The notes below the pieces were generated by a model that worked only from the letters and a program-made list of their open reading frames with translations, searched no databases and was not told the origin of the DNA. A program made the translations under genes and the position numbers. From Lytechinus pictus (taxonomy: Eukaryota), in contig NC_087252.1 in the NCBI RefSeq assembly GCF_037042905.1, forward strand, positions 12,774,001-12,838,000: 64,000 bases of DNA. The letters run 5' to 3'. Positions 25,906-40,063 of this stretch are shown here, piece by piece. How positions within the stretch are numbered: the stretch's first letter is position 1; each line of letters starts with the position of its first letter.

Positions 25906-28900
25906 TTAGTTCTATAGGCTTACGATTAAACAAAATAAACTATTTGTCTACTATTTAACTACTATTATTAGTATACCACTCAATTTTTTTAATTTACTTT
26001 ATGGCAAACTAGTGAATAGTGGGCAAAAAGTAGACAGTGTATACTATTACAAATTGAGTCATTGGTATAATATAAAGCGAGCATGATAACTGCAGACAAC
26101 ATAGTACAAAATTTGTACAATATATACAGTCAATAATAAATATAAGTACATAAATTATATACCAAAAGGATATGACTTTAATTTAAACTTTCAATAACAT
26201 ATTTTATTTCTAGAAAAAAGCAATATAAATATAGCACATGTATCTGCACCTTTGCATAAAAAAAATACTGTATCTTTGTCTTTGGTACATGAATACAAAC
26301 ATAACCTAAAATGTATGATTTTTTTACACTGTGATCCTAAAAATTTGAGCTATCGACAAAAAAGTAAAATGCAAAACAGAAAACTGCCTCAAACATTCCT
26401 ATATAAATTGGTAGTTAAAACATGAAGTAGAAACTTACACCTTTCACACACTGACAAATATATATATACATGTATATACACATCTAAAATACAATAGTTT
26501 GCGCTTGCTATGTCAAATTAATGTTCAAACTTTTGATTACTAACTGCTCATTCTGTCTAACTGTCTTGACCAGAAATGAAGTTTAACATGAATAATGAAG
26601 AACATACATGTAATTAGAAATGCTTCAGCCAGATTTCAAATACCATATAATGCTAGTTTATATGTTCATACTTCAGCCCATTAAAATGGGCATTAACTAT
26701 ACAAAAATCACCCGGTTGAATAAAATTATTGAAAGTTGACTTAAAAATGCAAGTTTTCCTGTATTAAATGTCCTGCCCATTTTTTTTTCTGATACCTCAG
26801 AAAGATGTTATATTTTACTTTTACATATTTTCTTATATTTTACTTGTACATTTTTTCATCAGTGAAACAATGATATAAAATTATTTTATGTACGAAATCC
26901 TTGGTAATGTTTGTTAGTTGATGGCATTGTTGGTGTGGAATCATGCTCATCTTAAAAACAAATAAATTATGGGGGTGGGGTTTATAATGCTTATAATGCA
27001 CTGAACACGTTTGTAAGGGGTCATTTTTCTTGGACAATAAGGGGCAATATTTTTAGTGCTTCAATAGGTGTGTTCGGGAGCACTGTGCTCATCCCCCCCC
27101 CCCCCCGGAATCGCCGCCCCTTTATACTGGGGTATACCATGGATATACACATGTACACAGTTTCCCGGTTGTCTTTTTTCTTCTAGGAGGCACTTAATGT
27201 TAATGAAAGGAAAGGAGGAGACAAAAAGGGAAATTAAAGGGAGAATGGAATAAGGAAGGTGTAAAAGTAAAGTAAAACTCTCTTCTTGGTCGATTTCTTC
27301 ATAAAAAGGTCTTTTATCCGCAAACTCACAATGTGTTCTTACATTTTTTGACTAAAATGATGTACATAAAATTATGGTTTCATAAGAGATACTAATTTTT
27401 GTTTTCTTAATGTCGATACCTTTATAGTATCATATATACAAAATATGAGTCTATTTTGTACCTTTTCTGAGCTTGAAGGTTATGTTAGATATATAAATGG
27501 TAAATACTTGTTGGACCCGAGACGGATGATTCGGGGGAGAAATACAATGCAACTCAGTTAATGCGGATTGCAAGGTTAAGCAAATAAGGTAACTCGATGA
27601 TGAAATGGATTTATAGTGTTTAAGATACAGTGAATTAACGTAACTAATTTTATATGCCTTGGTTAATTCCTGGGCCCATTTCATTTTTGCTTTCATGTTG
27701 TCTTGAATATTTTTCAATTATTTTTTTTTTTTTGTAAACTGTCAAATATTGTGATTCATATTTCCATACACTTTTTGGGGCGAATGAAGAGAACATTGAA
27801 CTGATAAAAATAATTATAATAATGATAGTAATAATAATTACTATTATTATGAACATTATTATTATTATCATTTTTATCATTATCACTATTATTATTAATA
27901 TTATTCAACTCATTTATTATTTGTTTGCCATCACATGTCATACGGTACTAGGAATACGATCCACCGGCGGATTGTGTTCCAACTCCGGCGGATTCAAGGA
28001 TTCAGTACCAATATCTCTTCGGCAGATATCGTTCTTGCTGTCGTTCATACACGTACCGTATATATACGTCACCGTGGTGGTACGTGGCAGCGCGCAATAT
28101 CTCATATTATATTCCATATGCTAAGAACCTTGCTATAGGATTGGTCAGAAGTAGGTCACGTGCTAACGAGTAGTTTCCCTATCAATCTTCTCTCGCAGTG
28201 ATTATGGTTGCACAATTCACGGGAATTTTCGCGATGGAAACTTTCCATGGGAATAAACTGGATTTTATTGGGAATTTTGGGAATTTTCGGCAATTTTCGG
28301 AAATATTCAAGAAATGTTGGAAATTTTCAAAAAAAGTTGCAATTTCCTGATATTTATATATAGGAATTGAAAGGATTACCCTGGCAGATGATGCTTGATT
28401 GTGCTTTGTCAGCAAGTTTCAAGCCAAATATTATGCTAAGACAGTAAGACAAGGCAGAATTGCAATTAATTTAATGTAAAAGTTGATTTACTGTATTAGT
28501 GGCTAAAAGGTACGTGCAATAGCATTACATGTACACTGCAAATGCTTTTACACAAGGGATATACATTGATCATGGAATGATGCCTATTGAATATTCTGAT
28601 CTTTTTGCAGATGATGAGAAGCAATATTAATGATAATGATAATATTATTGTTGTTATTAGGATTATTATAATTTTATTATCATTTAATACTTTATTTCTC
28701 ATTTATTTCTACATAACAGAAGTGAGAGCTTGGTGCTGTTTGCAGCGTTAATTTGATTAGTATAAATACAGATTGCTGGTTCAAGTTTAAAGTTTATTTC
28801 AGTTCAGTTAACCCTTTTTAGAAATAAACATTTTGTTCATTATTTTCAAAATACTAGATCAAATTAAATGAAACTGATATGAGATTGTCATTTAATATCA

Positions 28901-29813
28901 CAAAAGATATAAAATCAAAAACACGTTTCTCAATCTCGATCAAGGTCAAAGGTCAACAAACTTAGTGCATGTTTTTTGTTTTCTCCCTTTGTGAAAAATT
29001 ATTCATCTTGATTGTTTTCAAACTCAGCCATTATATTGTTATTTCTTGACCCTCCATATTTTTTTTTTTGGGGGGGGGGTGGAGTGGGCATCTCAGAAAA
29101 AAAAGGAATTTAACATTTTTTTGTTCCTGGACCTGATTTTCCCCTTTAAAGTCTCAAGCCAGTGCCATGGCTGCTGGTGGGATTAGTCTGCTGTGCAAAC
29201 CTATTCTGCATGCACATACCCTGATTGAAACTTTGATCAACAAGTGGGTCTCCACGAAAAGACTAGCACATAAAATCTTGCCGTTTCCTGAGCGAGAGTG
29301 CCTTCAATACACAAGGCATGAGTAGGCTGCACATTCAGACCCTTAACTCAAGTGAAGGCTTTGCACAGCAGACTAGCAAACCCTGCACTCTAAATAAGTG
29401 GTCTGAATATGCATCCTATTGTTTCTGCCAATGACTTATGTACAAAAGGTCGTTTTGTTAAACAGGAAATTGTATTCGTGCTAGACCTGTATGAAGTTGT
29501 GGATGATAATTTTTTTTATACATTTGTGGGTAAAGTGCATTATTAAATTTCTGGGTGAAATTATTACATTTGTGGGTAAAGTGTTGCTACATTTGTGGGT
29601 AAAGTGTTATTACATTTGTGGGAGGTATTACATTTGTGGGTGTTACACCCCCCCCCCCCCCCAACCCTGAAAGATGCTCAAACCATTAGCAAAAATATGT
29701 ATTTATAGTACATATCATTTTGGCCACCTACTCGCATTAGACGTCACAAATCAAAAACTTACAATCCTAACAACTTATTAAATCTTTGAAGGATTTTCCT
29801 CAAAGCTTCACCA

Positions 29814-30617
29814 TTTTTGTCTCACCTGCATAGCAGAGTGAGACTATAGGCGCCGCTTTTCCGACGGCGACGGCGACGGCGGCGGCGGCGGCGTCAACAC
29901 CAAATCTTAACCTGAGGTTAAGTTTTTGAAATGACAGCATAACTTAGAAAGTATATGGACCTAGTTCATGAAACTTGGCCATAAGGTTAATCAAGTATTA
30001 CTGAACATCCTGCCTGAGTTTTATGTCACATGACCAAGGTCAAAGGTCATTTAGGGTCAATGAACTTAGACCATGTTGGGGGAATCAACATCAAAATCTT
30101 AACCTAAGGTTAAGTTTTTGAAATGTCATCATAACTTAGAAAATATATGGACCTAGTTCATGAAACTCATACATAAGGTTAATCAAGTATCACTGAACAT
30201 CCTGCATGAGTTTCACGTCACATGACCAATGTCAAAGGTCATTTAGGGTCAATGAACTTTGGCCAAATTGGGGTATTTGTTGAATTACAGCCATAAATTT
30301 GAAAGTGTGTTGGTCTAGTTCATAAAACTTGGACATAAGAGTAATCAAGTATCACTGAACATCCTGTGCAAGTTTCAGGTCACATGATCAAGGTCAAAGG
30401 TCATGTAAGGTCAAAGAACTTTGGCCACGTTGGGGGTATTTGTTGAATTGCCATCATATCTCTATAAGTGTATTGGTCTAGTTCATAAAACGTGGAAATA
30501 CGAGTAACCAAGTATCACTGAACATCTTGTGCGAGTTATAGTAGTTTTCAAAATCAGTACTGCTGCTATATTGAATCGCGTGATGCAGGTGAGACGGCCA
30601 GAGGCATTCCACTTGTT
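29814..30617 (+). mobile_element. Helentron-associated (HINE/DINE-1-like) non-autonomous element with central tandem repeats
   Basis: T-run, then subterminal IR GTCTCACCTGCA (29819-29830) / TGCAGGTGAGAC (30584-30595). (GAC/GGC)n microsatellite at ~29863-29893. About 4 internal 163-192-bp repeats containing AAGGTCAAAGGTCA. Ends in ...CTTGTTT. Confidence 0.75.
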
Positions 30618-31152
30618 TATGTTTCTGCTACTTTTACAGCAAGCCTTTCGTCAGGGTGATTGCCCCCTTTGAAGACCTAATCAAAGAATAATCATTGAGG
30701 TCATGTGGGTGATATTTATTGCACTTGAACCTTATAATTGCCGAGCATACAGGCATACATGTAGTTTGCAATTATTAACTCGTTTGGCTGCTATGGGCCG
30801 TAAGTAAATTCAAGATTATACCCAACTAAGTTAATGATTGATTTCGTACTCGTCACATGCGGATGACGCTAGCTTACATTTCGCTGTCAGGTTTCATGTT
30901 TTTTAGCTTATGAAAGCCAGACGACGTGCGGACATATTCTAGGCAGGCATTGTATAAAATTCGTCTCTTTTGGTGGAGATGTGAATCCTTCCTCTAATAC
31001 TCTACCAACAGTTTCGGAAGCAATGGTCGTTATCTCATGATTCTTATCAAGGCCAGGTAGGATGTTTTCAAGAGAATGGTTCAGTGTACAACTTTAGAGT
31101 CGTAATGCTAGTCCTTTGCCTAAAAGCGCATAGAGGTCTACTTCTTCAAAGC

Positions 31153-33660
31153 ATTATTATTATTATTATATTATTATAAAGTCTTATTTATCCAGGACAC
31201 CCTCATCAGTGGCGTACACTGTTCTCTACGAGGGCCCTGCTACATTTAAACACACACAAAAGAAAAAAAAAATAAAGGACAACAAAATTAGAACGATACA
31301 AACAGAATAAAATTTAGCGAATTGTGTTTTAAAACCTGGAATAAGATCATCGGTTTCTCAATTAAGATGAAAAATTATTGCAGGGTTGCAGCCCTTCTCA
31401 TAGTAGATGGAATACTATTCCACAGAATTGAACCGTGTACTGAAATCCTTTTCTTTCCCTTCTCTGTTTTACACTTTTGTATTATGATCCCATTACTATC
31501 AGCATTTCTGGTACGGTATGACTGGGTGTTTGATAATTGCATAAACAAATCTGAAATATATTGTGGGCAACTGCCATTTAGGCATTGTAAACAAGTTTGA
31601 TTATTTGGAATTTCCATCTCTCCTCTATTGAAACCCATCCTAACTTCTGCAGCACTTCTACAGTTGGGGTCCTAGTATCAACTTGTAAGATAATTCGAGC
31701 AATTCTTTTTTGTTGTTTGACAATTGTGTTTTTTACATTCAAATTACAATTGGATCAAGTTGGACTACAGTAATCAAAATGTGGCATAATTAGTGCATTG
31801 GCAAGTACTTTAGAGCATGTTTGAGTAAGGAAAGGCCGAAGCCTACTGAGAAGTGATATTTTAGATCATATCTTCTTGTCAATGTAATCTAAATGATTAT
31901 TCCATACGAGGGATTGATCTAGGAATACACCAAGATACTTATAAGAGGTTACTCTTTCCAGTATAGTGCTTTCTACACTAAGTTCAAAAGATTCGTGAAA
32001 ATTACCCAATTTCTGAGGTGTTCCCATTATCATATATTTAGTTTTAGTTGTGTTCAAAACAAGTCTCTTCTCTTTCAACCAGAAATTAACGTGATACAAG
32101 TCTTCATTAAGGCATGCTTGGATTTCCGTTGCTGATGAACTACTGTAAAGAATCATTGTATCATCAGCATACATCATTACCTTCCCATTCTTTGTCGAAC
32201 TTGGTAAGGTATTCACATAGAGTGAGAACAATTGTGCCCAAGGATTGATTCCTGTTGTATTCCTATTTGGATATTTCTTGGTTCTGACAATGCATCTCCT
32301 AGAGTCGTGCGTTGACTACGATCTTGTAGGTAATCAATGAACCATTTCCTTTCAATATATCTGATCCCATAGCTGGACAGTTTATCTATCAATTGGTCAT
32401 AATCTACGGTATCAAAAGCTTTCTTTAGATCAAGAAAGACCACTCCAGTCAAATTTCCAATATCCATTTCTTTGTATATGAAATCACTGATGTAACATAA
32501 TACAGAGTTTGTTGAATGTGCTTATCAAAAACCTGATTGTCCTTTAGTGAGAATGTCATTATCCGTGAGATATTCAAGTAGTTGACTGTTAACTGCTTTT
32601 TCAAGCATTTTCATTATTATTGGAGTAATTGAAATTGGTCTATAATATGGGGCTTTTGGCCCCTCTTGCTCTCATGGAAACAATAGGAGCATGTTTGTCA
32701 CACACCATTAAAAACAATTCTTTCCAAACTTGCCATGCGTCTTCAACATTAAAACTTTGTAGAAAGTGTTCCCAATCAACCTCCTGCGGATCGCCAATAA
32801 AAGCATCTACGTCAAACTTTTTGAAAGACCGAAAAGTAATCATTCTATGAGGCATAGTTGGTCTATAAAGTTTCCTTACTACATACACATAGCTGTGGTC
32901 GCTTTACCCATTGGATACCACTCTACTTTCTTGGACATTTAGTGGGTTATTAGTTAACACAATATCAAGCAGACTTTGGTTCAGTCATCCGGGTAGGAGA
33001 TTCAATAACCTGTTGAAGGTTGTGTTGGATACACAGTTGTCTTATAAACCGAGCCTTTCTAACATCAAGCATATTGTAATTGAGATCTCCTAAGACATAA
33101 ACTTCTCTGCCATTACTCATAGCCTTTGAGACTGTTGTCTCAATCAAGTCCTGATATTCAACATTGGCTTGTGGGGGCCGATCGAAAGTTCCTATGAAAA
33201 TCGAATTTGTGTTTTGCAGCTTGAGTTCAATCCATATAGATTCAATATGTGAGCTCTCTAGGTCCACTCTTCGACAGTATTTGAGCTCGTCAGCAATGAA
33301 CATTGCTACCCCTCCCCTCATACCTATTCCAATCTTTTCTCTCATTTTTCAATCCCTTTTGTTTAACATCAATGGGATAATTACTGTTGACATCATCATC
33401 ATCACCGTCGTCAATGTTGTCATCTCTCTCATTTGGCAAGTTTGTTGATGGTGTTGTACTACTAAGAGTCTCAGGTAAGAAGTGATTTCTAGTTGTCTTC
33501 TTCCCACGATGAGTCTTCCCCTTAATAGCAATGCCAAGTGATCTGATTCTCTGCCAGACGTCGTTACTCAGTCTAATGCCGAAGTTGTGAATTAAGTCTA
33601 TGAAGTTCAGCACTCTCGCATGTTATTCGTAGATGGCGCTGTGCCTTGTCGTCCGTTTCT
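31153..33660 (-). mobile_element. Decayed non-LTR retrotransposon (APE endonuclease + RT, CR1/L2 group) with an internal deletion
   Basis: Frameshifted fragments: GGVAMFI/IESIWIEL/VLGDLN (APE, 32965-33345), VFLDLKKAFDTVD (32213-32467), MYADDT and YKYLGVFLD (31866-32231), C-terminal GSILWNSIP. (TAA)n 3' tail at ~31153-31178. Confidence 0.92.
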
Positions 33661-33677
33661 CTGGAGTTACAAGCCTT

Positions 33678-34275
33678 GCATAAAAGCACGGATAGCTGTT
33701 GCTGCAACGTCAGTCAGCACTAAGTAGCAACTGAGGAGCATTGAGGGTGAAATTTATTTTTTACAAAATGAGATCAATTCGAAATTCCCTCCCGAATTTT
33801 GAAAATTGTTCATTCCGGCTGGTTCTGCTTGATTCCTGCTGAAGTGTGACGGGGACTTAAGCATCAAAATATTTCAGCTACTAACGCCCGAGTTCAATCA
33901 AACAGCAATACCTTGGTCATATTTGCTCTGCGGCGGCCGTACGGCGAGTCGAAAACAACCGTTTTATTAATTTTAATTCAAACAACCTATATGTAGTTGG
34001 TACAAAAATGTTGAAACGGCTGATTTCGACTCGTCGTACGGCCGCCGTAGACTATCTTCAATGAAAATTCATGCTCATTTGAATGAGTCAAATAATCAAA
34101 AGGAAAATGCCTGAAAAGTGCAGACAAGATAATGAACCTAGCATACAGTTGTTGGCGAAGCTGCCTGCTAAAGATAATCGTCACAAATATGTCATATTTT
34201 TTTTGACAAACGAGTACCTTGTATTTTGCAGTCTATTTGCATTTCGTCGTCGTAATGACGTGCAGCTGTGCCTTT
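33678..34275 (+). repeat. Dispersed duplication, copy 2 of 24275-24755
   Basis: Colinear identity with copy 1, including the MITE right end AGTGTGACGGGG. Confidence 0.85.
33910..34050. mobile_element. Small hairpin MITE inserted in duplication copy 2
   Basis: CTGCGGCGGCCGTACGGCGAGTCGAAA (33928-) pairs with TTTCGACTCGTCGTACGGCCGCCGTAG (-34050). Absent from copy 1. Confidence 0.75.
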
Positions 34276-35123
34276 TATTTCTACTCTACCAACAAAGTTT
34301 AAAGTTCCCTTTTCTCCTGTTTCTTTTTGGTCCGAAATGTTTTATCCTGTTTATTGTGTACCAGTATATAAACAAATGCTTTTTGTGCCAGATTGGCCAT
34401 ATTCATGTATATGTACCGGACGGTTTTGTAATTTGTATATGGTATAGTAACCCTAATCAGCCCTTCAACACTTTATATTGTTATCCTAATTTTTCGTGTT
34501 TTTTTTTTTGGGGGGGCAGACAATTTTTCTGATACTCTGTATAATTATATGCACGCTAGGTGGGTTTAAATCATGTTGATTTAAATCATGATTAAAATAA
34601 CGATTTAAATTACAATGATGTTTTTTAATCATCGACTTAAAGCATTTTGATTGAAACATGTACAGATTAATGTCATTTTTTAAAGAGGCAGTATCACTTT
34701 AATTCTCTTAATAGAAAAAGATTTATATCATCAAAACATAAATAAATCCTTCATATCTACTCAAAGCAATTGGAATCAAGTCAATAAATACAGGTTGATC
34801 TTGCAAAAGCAAATATGTGCAATGAGCCTATGAGTGGCCTTTGTTCATAGCAAACAAAGTTCTTGTTTCTTCATGCAAACATACAAATTACAAAACATAC
34901 ATTTTTTTTATTTAGAGGACATTTTTTTTAAGAAAATTTATGAGTAAGTAAACTGTTATTGGCAGTTCTTCTATTCTGATCATTCACATGAGCTACTACA
35001 TAGTGTTCTCCAATATCAACAATTTGTTCATACAATTATCTATCCATAGCAGAACAAAAAATATGTGAAAACTATGAAAGAGGAATTTAACCACCCCCCC
35101 CCCCCCCTTAACTTATAACGCCT

Positions 35124-36341
35124 TTTCATTCATTCATTCAATTCGGTTTATTGTGAAAAGACATTGTAAAACAGTCCGAAGACTGATACATACAAGTTAA
35201 CAGAAAAAGGAAAAATACGTTAAATTATATACCTACGAATTAACAAAATATAATAAGAACATAATAGTAAGATTACATATTGCACTCGAGGTTCTACACA
35301 TAACAGAAATATCATTATTAAAGGGGATAATGCTATATAAAGAGAAAATAGAATGACCGATAAAAACACACAAAAAATATTGGGATATGTATTATGTTGA
35401 TTAATTTCAATGTAAACTGAGGGGGGGTGTAAATTATGAAAAGGAGGTGAAGGGTGAAGGGAAGTAAACAATTTTATACTTTTACACACAAATTATATAC
35501 AAACATGAACCAGGGTTGACATTGAGTTGAATGGCATATACAGAGGCACATACATATCAATATGTCGACATATCAGAGAGCAACATTAAAAAATGCTGTG
35601 ACATGATATGAGGGATAGTTGAGTTCTTGTATCTCTGACTTCTGCAGCGCGGTAAGTCCAGAAGATGCGCATTACGCAGGGCCGAACTGTGTCGCGAAAC
35701 AGATTGACGTGTGTGTGTGTGTGGGGGGGGGGGGTAACATGTCTCGATGGCGGTGAGATATGAGAAGACCAAGTCCAAAACTCAAGATGAGATCCTTTCT
35801 GTGTTCACATAATGAAGGGAGGTCAAAAAGAGTGAGCTGTTGTGAGCATGAAAGAGATGACGGATACAAAATCATACGAAGAGCTCGTTTTTGGAGTCTT
35901 TCAATTTCGTCACTTTGTGTTTTAGTGATTGCAGATCCCCAAACCGGAACACCAAACTCCAACAGTGGACGAATTTACATTTTGTAGATATTTACGAGAT
36001 CATGCTTATCAACAACAAATTTCTTTAGAATGCAGAGGATATACAGTCTTCTTGAAGAGCGTGACATCATGTGTTGGACTTGATCATCCTACTTGAGATC
36101 CGAGCGAATCATCACACCAAGGAAGGTTAACGAGTTGACATGTTCCGAGAGAACATCCTTGATTGTGATGTCTAGCTGGGGTGGAGGGACCTTCAGGAAG
36201 GACACTTGCATGACTTTGCACTTTTCGGGTTTAGGCGTAACGTCATTTGAGATACACCATTGACTCAGCAAATCAACATGGTCCTAAATGGAGCTTTGCT
36301 GGTTCTTTGGGAAAACCTCCACAACGCTTAAGTCGTCTACA
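35124..36341 (-). mobile_element. 3' fragment of a second LINE (RT C-terminal half)
   Basis: VDDLSVVE at ~36317-36340, KCKVMQVSF...FLGVMI, EFGVPVW...IERLQKRALRMI, RYKNSTIP. 3' hairpin CAGTCTTCGGACTG, then AATAAA and a (TGAA)n tail. Confidence 0.88.
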
Positions 36342-36522
36342 CAGGGACTAGTAGTCAGGCTCATTATCTTTATGTTTTAGCTTTCGCCGGATTTTTTTTT
36401 GGAGAAATTGAAATCTATATATTTTTGGAAAGGTTATCGTATGAGCTATCAGAAAAACAATGTTTTCATTTTCACCGACCCCAATATGGCCGCCATCTTG
36501 GATTTTTACCATGAGAACTGAT

Positions 36523-39412
36523 CATAGAGATGTATACTAATTACGCTAGAGTGCGGAGTCGCCATAGGCGCGCGTACTTAACGTCTGTGATTGCGCGGAA
36601 GACGGTCGGCCATTGCTCGATAGGTCTAGATTCGCAAAAGTGCCCGGATGTACCCATAGCTCGTACGTTGTAACGCTGTGAAAAGGGATGCTGTCTCCGG
36701 CTTTTAAGGAATCAAATCTAATTACAATTGAAAATATGAATGACAAATTGCATCTCAATAAACAATTGGTGTGATTACATGGGGATTATGCTATTAATCT
36801 GTCTTTTTATCTGGATTTTCGGGACGAAATTCTCTATACAGTGCATTTACGATTACCTGCCACATGCCTATTATTATAGATAACATTATGACATATTAAA
36901 TAAGTAGAACAAAATAAAACATACAACATTAAAAGTAAATGTTGACAATCATTTCAAAAGAAAGTGAATTAGCCCCCCGGGATTAGCCCATCTTCTCTGG
37001 ACTTCCCTATCTTTGGCTTTAATGATACATCATCCTTTGGAACATTCCTTCGTCCACATGATACCGTGTTCTCATGACCAATTTGTTTATGATGGATATA
37101 CTTTTGTAATTTTGATTCATTTCCACTCTATTCGTTTCACTTCACTTCAAAACATTTTTTTCATTTTCATTCAAGCATAATACAAAGTAATATAAATCGG
37201 ATAGGCCCTACAATCTTACAGATGAACATTCTTATCTCGTAAAAAAAAACAGTAGGCCTATAAAATTGAGCATAAATGGCCAACTACATGTAACTTGCAT
37301 TAATTTGTATGAAGTATATACTATTTTTTTTTATGGACAATAATTTGTATAAGTGCTTTGATCTTTGATTACTATTTTATTAGCAAGTATAGAGTATTTA
37401 AAGGGCATCTTATTAATTTTACATCATGGTGAGCCTCCCGTTACACCATCAATGGTAAAACTATGTTTTCAGTGCACTTGTTAATTTTTTTCTTATAGGA
37501 ACATGATAAATTCCCTAAATCTGCGGGCCTATATCGCACCGAAAATTAATAACATTCTCTTTAAGTTAGAGTCGGTTTATTTTATTAGCTTTTTAGGGGG
37601 TGGGTGTAATTAAAATGACATACGCACCCACGAAAATTCACAATCAAAATAAAAGTATACAAGTACAGGGGGCTAAATTGGACCCCTCCCTGACAGGTAG
37701 GCCTATATCACTTGAGGTTAAATTAGGATCACTCAACAGCAGACAATAATTGTAATATCTTATTCCAAGTATTTGTCAGTTTTAATAGGCCTATTATTGC
37801 TTAATATGTTTGGTTTTGTACTCACAATTTTGCAAAACTTTTTTTATTTTAAGTTTTATTAAGTTTGCAATAGATGTATCTCTTTCAGGATATTTGTTAT
37901 CAATTGGTTTTATATTCGTACAAATTATAATTATATACCACTCCCGCTCTGTTTCTTCTCCTCCTTCTTCCTAGCTCTCCTTAATTCTTATTCGATCCTT
38001 GATTTGTTCACACAATTTGTCCAATCAAAGGAGCATATACACCAGCGATATGTCAACAGAGTACATGTACATACAATACTATTTTTTTTCAAGAGAAAGC
38101 ATTACAATTTTATTTCGTACGCAACATTTCATACTTTGTAAGATACAAAAGATAGTTCTTTACCCTCCGTGGCCTAACATACAGTTTTAAGTTTAGCGTC
38201 CAATATGGAGGCTTAGGACTACATAGTCATCTTTAACGCGACAAGGAAGCAACCAATTTGATTAAAAATCTCAGGTAATTCTTGCCTGACCAAATTAAGC
38301 ATGAGCTGCAAGAGAGAAAAAGAGATAGAGAGGGGAAACAAATTATTTAGATCCTGAAGGACGTTATACTTAAAATCTCTGACTTGTTAGGAAAAGTAGA
38401 TTGCAAATCTGATATTCTACAGTATTTCAGCCGATCAGCATATTCAGCCGGGGGGGGGGGGGTGGGGTCAAGCCTAGATTTTCCAGAAAATCAAAGAGAA
38501 ACTCTTTAATGTTGCGTTAAACACGCTTTGTAATTCGTTTATCATGTTATTTGCTAGGCAATACTGTAAATATAATTCCCCCCATTAGGCCTCAAGACCT
38601 GTACATTACAAAATTGTACAACTGCATGCGCGTTTTTTATATGCAAATTTTGCTGTCAACAAACTTTTCTACATTGATTTGCAAGTAAGAAAGTAATTAA
38701 AGTGATCGGATGGTTGCCAATATTGGAAATCTAAATCATGTAACTTATAGATTAGTCAATAACTGGACCAATTCGTAAATCATTTTCAAATATTATCAAT
38801 AAAAAGTCATTTTTTATGACTCACGTGTTATTGTGATGAGGGTTACGTCGACGTTTAAACCCATGGGGAAAAACCGGAGTTATGCCCTATTCTGATTTGT
38901 ATGTGTCGAACTAGTATAATTATGGAAAAATATAACAATCATGAAAAAAAGAAGAAATAAATTATCAGCTTCGTGGTTTTGCCTAGGCCTACATGTTATT
39001 TTTAATATTCATCCCTTCCAAATCATTAGAAAATAAAAGTCATACAAATAAATGTAGCAACCTATCGAAATGTATATGACCAAAGCAAAAACAATTCGGG
39101 GGATGTATCATTGGCCTGTATATATGCGCTATTGATATTCCTATCTAGGCATTTTTGTTCTCGTTTTGTTAGATTTTTTGTTAATTTAAACTTTAATTCA
39201 GTATATTCGAAACTATTCAACTTTTTCATTTGCTTTCGCGCTCATTTGTCATCATTTTGCTCCGTTTCTGTGCTATCGCTGTACATGCCCCATGGGTACT
39301 GTACGCGCGTGGCAGGCTGCGAAGACCTATCGAGTAATGGCGGCCGGTCTCCGCGTAATCACAGCGATTTGACGAAGTACGCCCTCTAGCGTTATTAGTA
39401 TATATCTCTATG
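36523..39412. mobile_element. Non-autonomous TIR DNA transposon, P-element-like, 2890 bp
   Basis: TIR CATAGAGATGTATACTAATTACGCTAGAG / CTCTAGCGTTATTAGTATATATCTCTATG, with further subterminal inverted homology. Perfect 8-bp TSD GAACTGAT at 36515-36522 and 39413-39420. No transposase recognised. Confidence 0.88.
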
Positions 39413-40063
39413 GAACTGATATACTAAAAATGTGTTTAAAAAACATTCCCTATGTTCATAAAAAAACAAAATGCAATGACCCTAACTTAAACTCTAATAT
39501 CACCAAGATTTTATCAAAATCTGGATTCATTTAATTTGGCACAAATTGATTAACAGCAAATAATAACTCCTGCTTACTGAAGCGTAGACATATATCACAA
39601 TGAAGGCACTCTTTATAGGATATAGTCATACACATTCATGATTATTGTTTTTTTTATCAAATCGACAATTTTAGAAGTATATATATATAGAGAGAGATTG
39701 TATTGTCTCAGCAGGTTTATTGATATTATAATGTATGATAATAATAATGTAAGATGTTTTTTTAGTCATTTTCTTTAACTTGTGTTTTCTTCAGCTGTTT
39801 TACATTTCTGTTCCGTCTAGAATTGAGTTAATTTTTATTTCTTTTTAGCACTGCCCTTGCAGTCTGAACTTATGTTATTTGAGTTTGATTATATTCAGTT
39901 TCCATTCATCCTTCTCCACATTGGATTATTTTCCTCTGATTCTCTTTTGTCATCTTCATTCCTTCTCTATTTAGGTGATTCACTCATTCCATCCTTCACC
40001 TGACACCTTAGTTTCTAATGCCATAATTACATAATCACCCAGACATCTTTTATCACTTTTATC

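Noticed and set aside
25156..27019. Possible TIR pair CCCTTACAAA / TTTGTAAGGG enclosing the ACCAT minisatellite
   Set aside because: Only 10 bp and no target-site duplication; not enough to call.
27650..28124. Ile/Asn-rich ORFs
   Set aside because: Derived from (ATA/ATT)n low-complexity sequence.
28215..28345. Cluster of NF-kB-like GGGAATTTT motifs
   Set aside because: None is a full GGGRNNYYCC match, and the context looks like a repeat-element fragment.
31196..31215. CTGATGA on the minus strand as a hammerhead core
   Set aside because: No matching GAAA after the short stem; it lies in the LINE 3' end structure.
34083..34532. 149-aa ORF
   Set aside because: Lies in a duplicated repeat segment whose other copy (24550-24760) does not keep the frame; no domain.
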